The notes beneath the pieces were generated by a model. That model saw only the letters and a list, made by a program, of their open reading frames with translations. It was not told the DNA's origin and ran no database searches. A stretch of 64,000 nt of DNA from Verrucomicrobiota bacterium. GTDB taxonomy: Bacteria; Verrucomicrobiota; Verrucomicrobiia; Palsa-1439. Position 1 is the first letter of the stretch, and each line of letters opens with the position of its first letter. The translations under genes were made by a program, and so were the position numbers. Below, in pieces: positions 1 to 9,354 of the stretch. The DNA is taken from positions 41,679 through 105,678 of the forward strand of contig PLZV01000037.1 of assembly GCA_003152315.1 (NCBI GenBank), given 5' to 3'.

Positions 1-162
1 TCGCCCTGCGTTTGCTCCGGTTCTTTGGGATTTTGAATGGATCGCATTCCGACGAAACCACCCTTCGCTAGTGACCTCATTGACGTAGCTTTTTTGCCAG
101 GCTAGCATGGGCCTGTAGTCGCTAAATGTTCCCCACTGCCCCTTCGTTAATACCCCATCTCA

Positions 163-2004
163 ATGCCTGGCTATTTCATTTATTGCCGTAAATCATCCGA
201 AGCCGAAGACCGGCAGGTTCTTTCCATTGAATCGCAAATCCGCGAACTGGAGCAGATCGCCGCCAAGCTCAATTTACCCGTGGCTGAAATTCTGACCGAG
301 TCGAAATCGGCCAAAGACCCGGGCCGCTCGGTGTTCAATCAAATGATGCAACGCCTCTATCGAGGTGAAGCCGTCGGCATCATTTGCTGGAAACTTGACC
401 GTTTGGCGCGCAACCCGGTGGATGGCGGTTCCATCATCTGGGCCATCAAACAGCATGGCATCAAAGTTCTGACCCCAGCCCAAAGTTATGCCCGCGAGGA
501 TGACAACATCATCCTCATGTATATCGAATTCGGCATGGCTCAAAAATACGTTGATGATTTGAGCAAAAACGTGAAGCGCGGACTCAAAACCAAGATTGAA
601 AATGGCTGGTATCCGGGCGTCGCTCCGGCGGGCTACTTGAACCATACGGACAAACTGACGGGTGCAAACAACCTGATCATAGACCCCGAACGCTTTCCGT
701 TGATCCGCCGGATGTGGGACTTGATGTTGACCGGCCTCTACACCCCGCCAAAAATCCTTGAGATCGCCAATCAGCAATGGGGATTCCGCACCCGGTTAAC
801 GCGAAAAATGGGCGGCAAGTCCCTTTGCCGAAGTGCCATCTACCAGTTTTTTACCAAACCCTTCTATTACGGCAGGTTTGAATATCCAGCCGGGAGCGGC
901 CAGTGGTATCAAGGGAAGCACGAACCGATGATTACCGAAGCAGAATATGACCGTGTCCAGACACTGCTTGGGCGCAATGGCAATCCACGTCCACAATCGC
1001 AGCTTGAATTTGCCTTCACCGGCCTCATCCGTTGCGGTGACTGCAACCAGATGGTGACCGCCGAGGAGAAGCACCAGATCATGTGCGGCCATTGCCGGTT
1101 CAAGTTTGCGTATCGCCAGCGCAAGGAATGCCCGCGCTGCCAGATACCGATTGAGCAAATGACGAATCCGCTGTTTCTCCACTACACCTATTACCATTGT
1201 TCCAAAAGCAAACAGCCGGCGTGTCCGCAGAAATGTGTGAGCGTGGTTGAACTGGAAAGGCAGATCGCTGCATACCTTGCCCGTGTCCAGATTTCCGAGA
1301 AATTTAAAGATTATTGCATCAAATTCCTGCATGAGTTGCACGCGAAGGAAAGCACGACACAAAAAACCATCCTTGAAACCCAGCAGAAGGCATATCAGGA
1401 CTGCGCGCAGGAAATTGACAATCTGGTAAGCCTCAAAACATCATCCGGCAACGCTGACGGAAGCCAGCTATCAAACGAGGAGTACGGGCGACGGCGGGCA
1501 ACATTGTTGAAAGAAAAGGCAGCATTGGAGGAGTTGCTTCGGGACGCTGGGCAGCGGATTGAACAACAGTTGAGGCTGTCCGAAAAGACCTTTGATTTCG
1601 CCTGCACCGCCCAGGAGCGGTTTGCCAAAGGCAATGCCAGGACCAAAAAGAAGATGCTGGTGACATTGGGATCGAACCTAACTTTGAAGGACAAAAAGCT
1701 CTTTATTGAAGCCAGGGAACCGTTCTTCATCCTGGAAAAGTCCATGTCTGATGAAAAACCCGGAAACGAGCCTATCGAACCTGAAAATACTGGCCTGTCA
1801 CAAGGACAAAAGAGTGCATACCTCTCCGTGTATCCAAACGTGCTGGGAGGACTGGACGATGTTCGAACATTACGACACAGAAACGAGCATTTGGTTAAGT
1901 CAGTATACCACTTCTTCCAAAGCGTTTGTATGTCTCCTTCGTTCACTTTGTCCGATTGGTTTTATTTATATCACTCCGGCAGCATGGACGATTGGAAGAA
2001 TTGA
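163..2004 (+). CDS. large serine recombinase (resolvase-type catalytic domain + recombinase domain + zinc-ribbon)
   Basis: N-terminal IYCRKSSEAEDRQ motif carries the catalytic Ser in the YxRxSxxxQ context. A Cys-rich zinc ribbon (CGDCNQ...CGHC...CPRC) is followed by a C-terminal coiled-coil. ATG start at 163. Confidence 0.85.
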   Translation: MPGYFIYCRKSSEAEDRQVLSIESQIRELEQIAAKLNLPVAEILTESKSAKDPGRSVFNQMMQRLYRGEAVGIICWKLDRLARNPVDGGSIIWAIKQHGIKVLTPAQSYAREDDNIILMYIEFGMAQKYVDDLSKNVKRGLKTKIENGWYPGVAPAGYLNHTDKLTGANNLIIDPERFPLIRRMWDLMLTGLYTPPKILEIANQQWGFRTRLTRKMGGKSLCRSAIYQFFTKPFYYGRFEYPAGSGQWYQGKHEPMITEAEYDRVQTLLGRNGNPRPQSQLEFAFTGLIRCGDCNQMVTAEEKHQIMCGHCRFKFAYRQRKECPRCQIPIEQMTNPLFLHYTYYHCSKSKQPACPQKCVSVVELERQIAAYLARVQISEKFKDYCIKFLHELHAKESTTQKTILETQQKAYQDCAQEIDNLVSLKTSSGNADGSQLSNEEYGRRRATLLKEKAALEELLRDAGQRIEQQLRLSEKTFDFACTAQERFAKGNARTKKKMLVTLGSNLTLKDKKLFIEAREPFFILEKSMSDEKPGNEPIEPENTGLSQGQKSAYLSVYPNVLGGLDDVRTLRHRNEHLVKSVYHFFQSVCMSPSFTLSDWFYLYHSGSMDDWKN

Positions 2005-2078
2005 CAAAAGACGTATAAATTTGCCGGAGGCGGCAAGATAGGCCACCGGGCACGTCCAACGGCAACCACCAACCCCAT

Positions 2079-4625
2079 CTACGGGAGCAGGACACGGTAG
2101 AACCGAGCATTATAGTTTGTCCACTCAGGATCACCAAATAGGACTGTACCATTTGTATTCACGAGCAACGCGGTTGGTATCCAGTCTACTAGGTTCGTGG
2201 AGGTTTCCACGAGATAGTTATAATTGGATGCACCGGCAAACTGCAGAATTGGCGTGTTATTGGTGAGAGATATACCGAGAGTGGGCTGTGTGCTGATGCC
2301 GACAAAGCCAGTCGTCACGTTCGTCACCGTTATGCTCGACGAAGTGATATTGAACGCATCAAGGCGGAAACTGAGTGTATAAAGTCCGTTTGTGACTGTG
2401 CCGGGCAGGGCGAACCGATAGGTCTGTGAACCTGGTGTTTCCACTCTTTCATCCACGATGCCGATTTGATTGGTGTTCCAGTAAACCGTCAGCAATCCCT
2501 GCGCGGTGTTTGTGTCCGTGAAGCCAGCATCAAACTGTACGAAATTTACCGTGGTTGTAATCGTCAGACCGACAGCCAGCCAAGCTGGAGCGTTACTGGG
2601 GCCAGAACTACTGCTATCCAGTGAATGAATTGTGCTTGACTGACTCTGCGGCGAAAACCCCGAAGCAACACTGCTCAAACCTGCGCCACCATTGCCTAAG
2701 AATATTACCCCCGAGGAACTTGTGCCGTTCGGAACCAAAGAGAAATTGATGGTGGAATCAGATCGAACCGGTTGCAGGTTCTGAGACACGCACAACATCC
2801 CACAAAGTGGCAGGGGTGAGTTGTTCCGCGTCTTGGCAGCCCAGTTTCCAGCGCCATTGTCCTCAATGCTCAAAGGAAACCCATAACCTGCTGCGCAACT
2901 CTTTGCAGTGCCATTGACCGTGCTCAGATAGAAATCAATTGGCGAGCCGTGCGAAGAAGAAGGACTGGCGTTGACGTTAATAACTGGAGGGGTCGAATAT
3001 GCGATACCACTGTAATAAACCGGCAATTGCGTGGGAGCTGGGATCGTCCCACCAACATCCACATTGTAAGCCCACTGTAGCTGACCGGATGTAGAGTCAG
3101 CGAATTGTACAGGTCCGTCTATGATGCCGTACAGGACCCCTGCGAGATCCGTTGCATAATCAAATACAAAGTAATTCTCAGCCCAGTCCGCATGCCGGCC
3201 GTATTCGCTTCGGCCTTCCAGAAACTTTCCAGTGTAGGGATCAAGAAATGTCTCTTGAATGACAGGCGGATTTTGTAACTGCTTCAGTTTTTCGGCAATT
3301 GCTTCTATCACAGCCGCGCCGGCACTATGAGCAATCAGATGCACTTGTTTCCACTGGGGCTGCTGGTTCAACTGCAGCCCGTATTGGCTCCCGATATTGC
3401 CCCCTTGAATACGGGCTTGTTCAGGGTCTGGATTGGATGATTCAGATGTCCAGTCTAGCGTCCTGATCTCCCAGTTCGGAGGAACTTCGCTGCTGATCGT
3501 GTTTGCCATCTTGGTGATCCAAGAGATGTCAGAGTCAAAAAAAGACCAGCCATGCGTCACGAGAACCAAACTATCCTTACTAGGCTGTGGAGCGGGGCAA
3601 ATTGGCGCAATAATCTGAGCGGGCTGGTTACCATTCGCTCCGTCAGTCAGAACAGCTAGATACGCGATGGTGCTCGTGACGGAACCTACGGGATTCCAGA
3701 CAGTCAGGGAATAGCCGCCTGAATTAGCTGCTGTCACAGAACTCAAAGTCAACGTGGTATTTGTCGCGACGGGAATGCTCTGCCCATTGAACTGCCACTG
3801 GTAGTTGAGTGGTAGAGCGCTCACAGCGGTTACCGTGAGCGCGACACTTGTTCCAGCTTGAACGGCCTGCCCTTGTGGCTGAACGGTAATCATCGGGGCG
3901 CTTGCGCCCAGTGTATAAAGTTGTCCAATCTCCGTCGCCGACAACGCGCGATTATAGATGCGAACGTCGTCGATCTTGCCGTTAAACCACTCCCACTGCC
4001 CAGACCCGCCGTTTGGATGAGCATGTCCAATGTACAGATCCAAGGTGTTAACCGGAATGCTCCCCACGTTGCCAGTCCCGTTAACAATTCCGTCCAGATA
4101 GACCCATCCATTTGAACCTGACACGACTGCAGCGACATGATGCCACGCTAGGAGGCTGTAGGCTGTTGCCCCAAGGACATTGGGATTGTTTGTGCCCGCT
4201 CCTTGAAGACGCAATGTATGACCGCCAATGCCACTGCCCCACGTGTCAAGGGCAAATCCTCCAGGAGTGCCTGCCAACGCTTTATCTATGATCCTGTATC
4301 CACTTTGCTGTGCCGCGCTTTGGTATATCCAAGCAGATAATGTAAAATTGGAGCTAAGGTGGAGTGAAGTGCTATCGCGAACGTCAATGTATGCGGTTGT
4401 ACCATTGAAGCTGTATGCAGAATTCGTATTCCCAAATCTATCAGACGTTAGTGTTGCATTAAAGACGGTACCGTTATTGCCACTCCCACTCGCGTCGTTC
4501 ACGTTACCACTAAACGGATAGTAAGCGACCAGGCCGGTACTCAAGTCAGCATTTGTCGTTGACACTATGCTCAGGAAGATCAAAAGAGGAACACTCGCAA
4601 AATAACACGCCGTTCTACATTTCAT
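2079..4625 (-). CDS. secreted LamG (concanavalin A-like) domain protein with Ig-like region and alpha/beta-hydrolase (lipase-like) domain
   Basis: Signal peptide MKCRTACYFASVPLLIFLSIVSTTNA. Laminin_G_3-like segment YYPFSGNVNDASGSGNNG. A serine-hydrolase nucleophile-elbow pentapeptide lies within LIAHSAGAAV. Gly/Ser/Thr-rich beta-strand repeats. Confidence 0.6.
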   Translation of the reverse strand: MKCRTACYFASVPLLIFLSIVSTTNADLSTGLVAYYPFSGNVNDASGSGNNGTVFNATLTSDRFGNTNSAYSFNGTTAYIDVRDSTSLHLSSNFTLSAWIYQSAAQQSGYRIIDKALAGTPGGFALDTWGSGIGGHTLRLQGAGTNNPNVLGATAYSLLAWHHVAAVVSGSNGWVYLDGIVNGTGNVGSIPVNTLDLYIGHAHPNGGSGQWEWFNGKIDDVRIYNRALSATEIGQLYTLGASAPMITVQPQGQAVQAGTSVALTVTAVSALPLNYQWQFNGQSIPVATNTTLTLSSVTAANSGGYSLTVWNPVGSVTSTIAYLAVLTDGANGNQPAQIIAPICPAPQPSKDSLVLVTHGWSFFDSDISWITKMANTISSEVPPNWEIRTLDWTSESSNPDPEQARIQGGNIGSQYGLQLNQQPQWKQVHLIAHSAGAAVIEAIAEKLKQLQNPPVIQETFLDPYTGKFLEGRSEYGRHADWAENYFVFDYATDLAGVLYGIIDGPVQFADSTSGQLQWAYNVDVGGTIPAPTQLPVYYSGIAYSTPPVINVNASPSSSHGSPIDFYLSTVNGTAKSCAAGYGFPLSIEDNGAGNWAAKTRNNSPLPLCGMLCVSQNLQPVRSDSTINFSLVPNGTSSSGVIFLGNGGAGLSSVASGFSPQSQSSTIHSLDSSSSGPSNAPAWLAVGLTITTTVNFVQFDAGFTDTNTAQGLLTVYWNTNQIGIVDERVETPGSQTYRFALPGTVTNGLYTLSFRLDAFNITSSSITVTNVTTGFVGISTQPTLGISLTNNTPILQFAGASNYNYLVETSTNLVDWIPTALLVNTNGTVLFGDPEWTNYNARFYRVLLP

Positions 4626-4911
4626 AGTCCCCTCGCAATTGTTACTCCAACTATTCCTGGCCTCGCACAGACTTGGCGCTCTGGACCCCGAGAAGGAAGG
4701 CTCCTGAGTTTTTCAGCCTGACTGGTCGCGAGTATGCCCCGTCCGACATTGAATTCAAGTCAATTTTCCGACTGACGGCACGGAATCTCCCTTGCGCCGG
4801 CTGACTTTCCGACAGTTGTAACCTAGGGAAGGACGGCCTACATACATGGTATGTAGGGGCCAAGGCCCGTCACTACCAGACTGCCACGGCTTAACCGCCG
4901 CACCACGGGCT

Positions 4912-5065
4912 CCCCAACGTGTCGTCGGCTACCGCCCGACTTTTCTTGACGCTTTTCCCCTTCGGGCTAACCGGATAATGGACGCCTAGCCGTTGTCCCT
5001 TATCTAAAATCATCAAGAAAAGTCGGGCGGACCGGATTATCATCCTAGCCGACGACACGTTGGGG
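4912..5065. repeat. 38-bp perfect inverted repeat (arms 4912-4949 and 5013-5065, right arm interrupted by a 15-nt insertion) enclosing a 63-nt loop
   Basis: The reverse complement of ccccaacgtgtcgtcggctaccgcccgacttttcttga equals tcaagaaaagtcgggcgg + tagccgacgacacgttgggg. Flanked by ct(a/g)ccgcaccgaca direct repeats at about 5088 and 5174 and a second imperfect inverted repeat (4951-4967 / 5125-5146). Confidence 0.8.
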
Positions 5066-5331
5066 GACTGGTTTTAAGATAAGGTGCTACCGCACCGACA
5101 ACCACCCCGCTACCGCGACCGGTTCGCCCCGAAGGGCGGAGAAAAGCGTGCCGCGAACGCGGCATTTAGGACACTGCCGCACCGACAGGTGCGTCCTCGT
5201 TTCCGCCGCAACTGGCAAGTTTAGGCGTCTTCTTTTCCACCCTGCTAGTCTCGTATCCTGTCAGCACGGGATCATTCGGATCTCAAAACCAGCCACCATT
5301 ACCTCGTCGGCTGCCCCAAAACCATCTGCCG

Positions 5332-6699
5332 ATGCGACCACAACGGAAGTCCAATACACGCCGGATTTTCACTGCGGCAGGAGTGGTGACTGGTTTTGGC
5401 ACCATGAATGACCACACTATCACAATCGGTGAACGCGAGGGCTGGGGTAAACCCCAGCTTTTCGGCATATCTGCCATTGACCAGCGCCAGCACATCTACG
5501 TCATCGGAAAAACTGGTTCTGGTAAGACGACATTGCTGCGCAATTTGATTTTGCAACATATCGCCCTTGGACATGGAGTCGGTTTGATTGATCCCCACGG
5601 GGATTTGGCCGAAGAACTATTGAACCATATTCCTCCGCATCGTGCCGATCATCTAGTATATTTCAATCCGGGCGACATCGAGTTTCCCATAGGGCTTAAT
5701 TTGCTCGCCAATGTCGCCCCCGACGACCGCCATCTCGTGGCCTCGGGCATTGTGAGCGCGTTCAAGGGCATTTGGCGCGACTCATGGGGTCCGCGTCTGG
5801 AATACATCCTGTACAATGCCGTATCGGCACTTCTTGATTGCCGGAATGCCACCCTTTTGGGCGTCAACCGTATGCTTACGGATGACACATTCCGGGCCAA
5901 GGTGATTCGGCAGAGCAAAGACCCATTCATCCGAGCGTTTTGGGCAGAGGAATATGCCGGATACGACGAGCGTTTCAAACGGGAGGCCATTGCACCGATT
6001 CAGAACAAGCTCGGCCAATTCCTCTTGAATCCAGTGGTCCGCAACATTCTCGGCCAGGTCAAAGCGAAGGTGAACATTCCGTTCGTGATGGACAACCAGC
6101 GTCTTTTCATCGCCAATTTGTCCAAAGGCAGGCTTGGACACGACAAAGCAAACTTGCTCGGCTCCCTGCTTACGACTCAATTTCAACTTGGTGCCATGGC
6201 ACGAGCAAACCATCCCGAAGAAGAACGGCGTGACTTTTACCTTTTCATTGACGAGTTCCAGAACTTTTCCACCGATGCGTTTGCTTCGATTCTTGCGGAA
6301 GCGCGCAAGTATCGTCTTTGTTTGACCCTTTCGCATCAATACATAGACCAGCTCCCACTGCCGATTCGTCAGGCGGTCTTTGGCAACGTAGGGACGCTCA
6401 TTGCCTTTCGCATCGGCAGCACCGATGCCGAGGTGATGGAAAAGGAGTTTGGTAATACGATCCCCGCAAGCGTCCTTGCCGACCTTGACCGCTATGAGGC
6501 AGTGGTGAAATTGCTCGTGGAGGGAAGCAACCTCGAATCGTTCCGGGCTAAGATGCTTCCGCCATTAGAAAATCGCATCGGACGGAAGGGCAAACTCATT
6601 GCACGATCACGCGAGCGATTCTCCACTCCGCGTACCAAGATTGATGAAAAGCTGAGTCGGTGGATGGGTGGACTGATTGTACCGAAAATCGACGGGTAA
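5332..6699 (+). CDS. VirD4/TraG/TraD-like P-loop ATPase (coupling-protein-type, FtsK/HerA superfamily), no TM anchor
   Basis: Walker A VIGKTGSGKTTLL, then GLIDPHGD, and Walker B FYLFIDEFQNFST (LDEFxxL-type, as in T4SS coupling proteins). Paralogous to the core of the 20931-24035 protein. An alternative start at 5404 is possible. Confidence 0.65.
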   Translation: MRPQRKSNTRRIFTAAGVVTGFGTMNDHTITIGEREGWGKPQLFGISAIDQRQHIYVIGKTGSGKTTLLRNLILQHIALGHGVGLIDPHGDLAEELLNHIPPHRADHLVYFNPGDIEFPIGLNLLANVAPDDRHLVASGIVSAFKGIWRDSWGPRLEYILYNAVSALLDCRNATLLGVNRMLTDDTFRAKVIRQSKDPFIRAFWAEEYAGYDERFKREAIAPIQNKLGQFLLNPVVRNILGQVKAKVNIPFVMDNQRLFIANLSKGRLGHDKANLLGSLLTTQFQLGAMARANHPEEERRDFYLFIDEFQNFSTDAFASILAEARKYRLCLTLSHQYIDQLPLPIRQAVFGNVGTLIAFRIGSTDAEVMEKEFGNTIPASVLADLDRYEAVVKLLVEGSNLESFRAKMLPPLENRIGRKGKLIARSRERFSTPRTKIDEKLSRWMGGLIVPKIDG

Positions 6700-6720
6700 G
6701 GGTTGGCACGCCGCAGTCAT

Positions 6721-7266
6721 TCATACAGCAGCGCGCTGTGTGGTTTCGTCAAGGCGGCTGTATTCCGAGCCATTGTGCGCACTGACCCAGAGTTCAAGTC
6801 TTTCCATCTGATTTCCAACAATCGTCATGATAAAACAATCTAGTTCGTGCTGAGATTTACGAAAGGCATCTGCCATAGAATTCAAGTCCAACCGAGACGG
6901 TGTCGGTTTCGGTTCCGGATGAGTGTGCCATTCACCGATAAAATGCAACCCCTTATCAAAATATTGTCTAATGAGCCGTCGCTGCAAAATCCGATTCGGA
7001 ATGAACAATGTCCTCCACCGTTTATCGGCCACGTTCGGAGGAGAAGCTTCGACTACCAGAATCAACGGAAAGTCAAATTCTGCAAAGAGAAGCCCGCCAG
7101 CTTCTGGTTCGTCTTCTTTTTGGCGATATGTTGAAAAGATTTCTAATGCTTTCCTAGTCACAATAAGCTCTTGTTTGGAATGTGGAAAAGCAAAGCGGCG
7201 TGAATTTAAGAATTTTTCTGAGCGCATACGCCGCAAGTATTTGATTTGGTCCAATTTTTTCGGCAT
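6721..7266 (-). CDS. JAB/MPN (JAMM) metallopeptidase, Cap3-like deubiquitinase-type
   Basis: Complete JAMM motif: upstream Glu (EAGGLLFAEF) plus EWHTHPEPKPTPSRLD (HxHx7Sx2D). Overlaps the upstream E2-E1 gene, consistent with operon coupling. Confidence 0.8.
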   Translation of the reverse strand: MPKKLDQIKYLRRMRSEKFLNSRRFAFPHSKQELIVTRKALEIFSTYRQKEDEPEAGGLLFAEFDFPLILVVEASPPNVADKRWRTLFIPNRILQRRLIRQYFDKGLHFIGEWHTHPEPKPTPSRLDLNSMADAFRKSQHELDCFIMTIVGNQMERLELWVSAHNGSEYSRLDETTQRAAV

Positions 7267-8993
7267 ATTCTTGAATAGCCAGTACGGCTAACCTCCGGCT
7301 TCCACATTTCTGTGAGATTGGCTTCCACCGATTTAAAATGCTCAGCGCTACTGATCCAAGTATTTAGAAAAGAATCTGGAGAAGGGCTAAGGAGTGATTC
7401 AACGACAATAGACGCAATCATCGAGGCAACCGGCATTAATGCAGTCGGACCATAATGCTGATAGTGGGTGCATCCACCAGGTTCTTTCGAAAAGGGTGTT
7501 TTTCCAAAATCAGCTACTGCCTGACTGAACCGTCCGAATTCATTTGCAGCGCATTCAAAACATCCACCGTTCGGTCCGACAACCAAGCAATGTCCTGCTA
7601 CAGCATGCGGTTCGAGCCAACCCAAAACCAACGGGGACATTTGTATTTTACGTGACAATTCGTTCAACGGGCGCTCACATCGCCACTCACCAGTGGTTGA
7701 GACTACCAAATGGTATTCCGCGAAAAGATTTGGATTAGACCTGAATATATCTCTCCAATCTTTGGGAATGCCTTTAATACTCAGATGAGGCATCTCACGC
7801 GTTAATTCTTCGGCGAGGGCTTCGGCCTTCGAACGTCCTACAGACGACGCTCCCAAGATATGCCGACCAAGATTCTCCCAACCAAGATTGTCATTATCTG
7901 TCAATGTGAGATGGCCGATACCCGCACGACTTAAAAGATGAGCAACATATCCACCCAATGAACCGCATCCGATTAACAAAACAGATTTTTTGGAAAGGTC
8001 TCTGCCATCGCCCCCTCTCGAATGAATCCACTGGTGATCGACCCGACAGACAACGCGTCTTATTACGGCATTGGAGGCAAGCATTCCTACAGCACGTTTG
8101 CGCAATAGATCCGCCGGAATCTTTTCTAAGCGGAAGCCGCGAGTGATCTCAGGTGACTGTCGTAAGTGCCCAAGCACAGGAAAAATAACGCCTCCCAACG
8201 TCACCCCTTCACTTTCCTTTTGAATAAGCAGGACGAGACCTTCCTCAGAACCATTTGCGACGTGTTCTTTTATCAGGTCAGCAACTGAAGAGTCGTTAGT
8301 CCCTGCAAGGGTCAATAAGTCTCTCAGCGCGTTCGGGTAGTCGCCGGGAAGTAGTGGGGGATTCAAACTAATCGCCAAACCAAGCCTGCTCGCTTTTAGT
8401 TCAGAGGGTTTCCCTGTGTGATTTAAAATCCAGCTGTTTATTCGTTCCATCGATGAAGCGACACAAATATATTCTTTGCAGAAGACAACGACAAAACGTT
8501 TGCCAAGTTGTTCCGGTGGATCAATTAGGACAATAGATTGGTCCTGGAGTGTTGCCGAGCGATTCCAATAAGAAGTAAATTCATCACGAAAATCAAGCGG
8601 GTCTGTTCCTTTCAGAATCTTTTCGGCATCATCAAATACGTAACGAACAATGGCTGCCGGGTCCTTGCTGTTAATTGCCGCCGAATTCGGGATAGTACAG
8701 ATAAAACCACGTGCATCTATATGCGGATTTTTAAATACGAGATCTCTCGCATCGGCAATGCAGGCGATAGGGGCTTCATCGGGAAAATCCCGAGGAAGCC
8801 CCACATTTACGATCCATTCCTTATCCAAAATGCGGAACGATTTTCGCCACACAGTAGGACATTCAGCCAGGAGCTGCGGAGCATCCTTTGCTGATACCAG
8901 CTCAAATGCTGAATCCGTGGCCAAATCGGCTTGGACCGCTTCAAGGGCGTGATGAAGGCGCTCTCGCAAAAAGTTTTGCGATTCATCACCCAT
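7206..8993 (-). CDS. E2-E1 fusion protein (N-terminal UBC-like E2, C-terminal ThiF/MoeB-like E1), Cap2-like
   Basis: E2 signature FKNPHIDARGFICTIP (an HPN-like NPH followed by a catalytic Cys). E1 Rossmann LLIGCGSLGGYVAHLL plus TDNDNLGWENLGRH. Zinc motifs CFEC ... CGVC. ATG at 8993 with a GGAGG ribosome-binding site; an alternative GTG sits at 9008. Confidence 0.8.
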   Translation of the reverse strand: MGDESQNFLRERLHHALEAVQADLATDSAFELVSAKDAPQLLAECPTVWRKSFRILDKEWIVNVGLPRDFPDEAPIACIADARDLVFKNPHIDARGFICTIPNSAAINSKDPAAIVRYVFDDAEKILKGTDPLDFRDEFTSYWNRSATLQDQSIVLIDPPEQLGKRFVVVFCKEYICVASSMERINSWILNHTGKPSELKASRLGLAISLNPPLLPGDYPNALRDLLTLAGTNDSSVADLIKEHVANGSEEGLVLLIQKESEGVTLGGVIFPVLGHLRQSPEITRGFRLEKIPADLLRKRAVGMLASNAVIRRVVCRVDHQWIHSRGGDGRDLSKKSVLLIGCGSLGGYVAHLLSRAGIGHLTLTDNDNLGWENLGRHILGASSVGRSKAEALAEELTREMPHLSIKGIPKDWRDIFRSNPNLFAEYHLVVSTTGEWRCERPLNELSRKIQMSPLVLGWLEPHAVAGHCLVVGPNGGCFECAANEFGRFSQAVADFGKTPFSKEPGGCTHYQHYGPTALMPVASMIASIVVESLLSPSPDSFLNTWISSAEHFKSVEANLTEMWKPEVSRTGYSRICRKNWTKSNTCGVCAQKNS

Positions 8994-9354
8994 GCCGACC
9001 GCCTCCACGAAGATCTACCGGACTTGTAGGCGTCTGACGTGCTATGCCCGCGTCGCGGTCAGCAATTTTGCAATCAACACACTCTGGCTGTTCCAAAAGG
9101 TTGTCGTTCGGCTTCCCATCTGCGTGAGATCGAAGAAACGGAGGTTTGCCATTTTCTCGCACCACCAATACTTCGCACTCCTTGCCCGTCGTTTTGTCGA
9201 TTGTATAAAAACCCGCTTTCTGGTTTTCGATGAGAAAAATGGCGTCTTCGCGTGTAAATCGCCATTTTTCCTGGAGATTGCCGACATGCGTGATATGCTC
9301 ATGAGGACTGTGATGATGAGGCTTATTAATACAAGTTATTTGATATTTTTTCAT
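8986..9354 (-). CDS. small His-rich protein with disordered C-terminal tail ending LRGG-GRHG (candidate ubiquitin-like conjugation substrate or precursor)
   Basis: ATG at 9354 with an aggaag ribosome-binding site. Sequence MKKYQITCINKPHHHSPHEHITHVG... ends ...TSPVDLRGGGRHG. Its 3' end overlaps the E2-E1 start by 8 bp. Similarity to any DUF family is uncertain. Confidence 0.55.
   Translation of the reverse strand: MKKYQITCINKPHHHSPHEHITHVGNLQEKWRFTREDAIFLIENQKAGFYTIDKTTGKECEVLVVRENGKPPFLRSHADGKPNDNLLEQPECVDCKIADRDAGIARQTPTSPVDLRGGGRHG

Noticed and set aside
274-1946. Minus-strand ORFs (274..777, 796..1362, 1395..1946) inside the left serine recombinase gene
   Set aside because: Antisense to a gene with unambiguous catalytic and zinc-ribbon motifs. 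No independent support.
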